A DNA stretch of 54,619 nt from Myxococcota bacterium. GTDB taxonomy: Bacteria > Myxococcota_C > UBA6777. The first letter of the stretch is position 1. Each line of letters opens with the position of its first letter. The stretch is taken from the NCBI GenBank assembly GCA_023150835.1, contig JAKLKB010000055.1:1-54619 (forward strand), written 5' to 3'. Below the pieces are notes generated by a model. That model saw nothing but the letters and a program-made list of their open reading frames with translations. It was not told the DNA's origin and searched no databases. Made by a program: the position numbers and the translations under genes. Of this stretch, positions 54,482 through 54,619 are shown in pieces.

Positions 54482-54619
54482 GTCAATGACCCACCCCTAA
54501 AGGGGCGGGCTTGTTTCGGCAAGTCCGGTTGACCAGACGACAACAGAGGAAGTGGCGCAAGCCAAGTTGTTAGTAAACGATAGAGAGCATGTAGAGACCC
54601 TCGAATGCCGCCTCAGTTC
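54482..54619 (+). ncRNA. 5' part of a HEARO / IscB-type omegaRNA scaffold (truncated by the window edge)
   Basis: GTCAA..CCCACCCC-TAAA-GGGGCGGG-CTTG..GTTGACCAG..ACCCTCGAATGCCGCCTCAGTTC matches the layout I recognise for IscB-associated RNAs; nested stems are visible directly. Confidence 0.78.
54482..54619 (+). mobile_element. End of a putative IS200/IS605-superfamily (IscB/IsrB-type) element
   Basis: Subterminal hairpin cccaccccTAAAggggcggg just inside GTCAA, typical of Y1 transposase-recognised ends; no protein gene inside the window. Confidence 0.65.

Overview
A 54.6 kb bacterial chromosomal window of moderately high GC, most likely from a Myxococcota-like organism. This is inferred from a Cys-rich surface protein with a MYXO-CTERM-like tail, a Ser/Thr kinase-FGE fusion and HEAT-repeat proteins. 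Recognisable housekeeping genes are queC, proB, proA, moaB, ggt, argG, hslO, an RpoD-family sigma factor, an acyl-CoA dehydrogenase, a Nudix hydrolase, an ABC exporter and an RlmM-like methyltransferase. The notable items are: (1) the 5' end of a HEARO/omegaRNA-like structured RNA marking an IS200/IS605 (IscB/IsrB-type) element at the right edge; (2) a putative operon of a HEAT-repeat-PilT fusion, a second PilT, a kinase-FGE protein and a Nudix hydrolase with no other pilus genes; (3) an ATP-grasp / alpha-beta hydrolase / CBM-like gene cluster plus a distant ATP-grasp paralogue; (4) a disordered protein with 10 AT-hooks; (5) a QueC lacking its Zn-binding cysteines; (6) a secreted protein with a mirror-symmetric 10-residue cysteine ladder; (7) MITE-like intergenic repeat families carrying GTAG-REP or other hairpin cargo; (8) strong GATC/GCGATCGC enrichment. 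No rRNA, tRNA, CRISPR array or cas gene was seen. All family calls come from motif recognition by eye; no database search was run.
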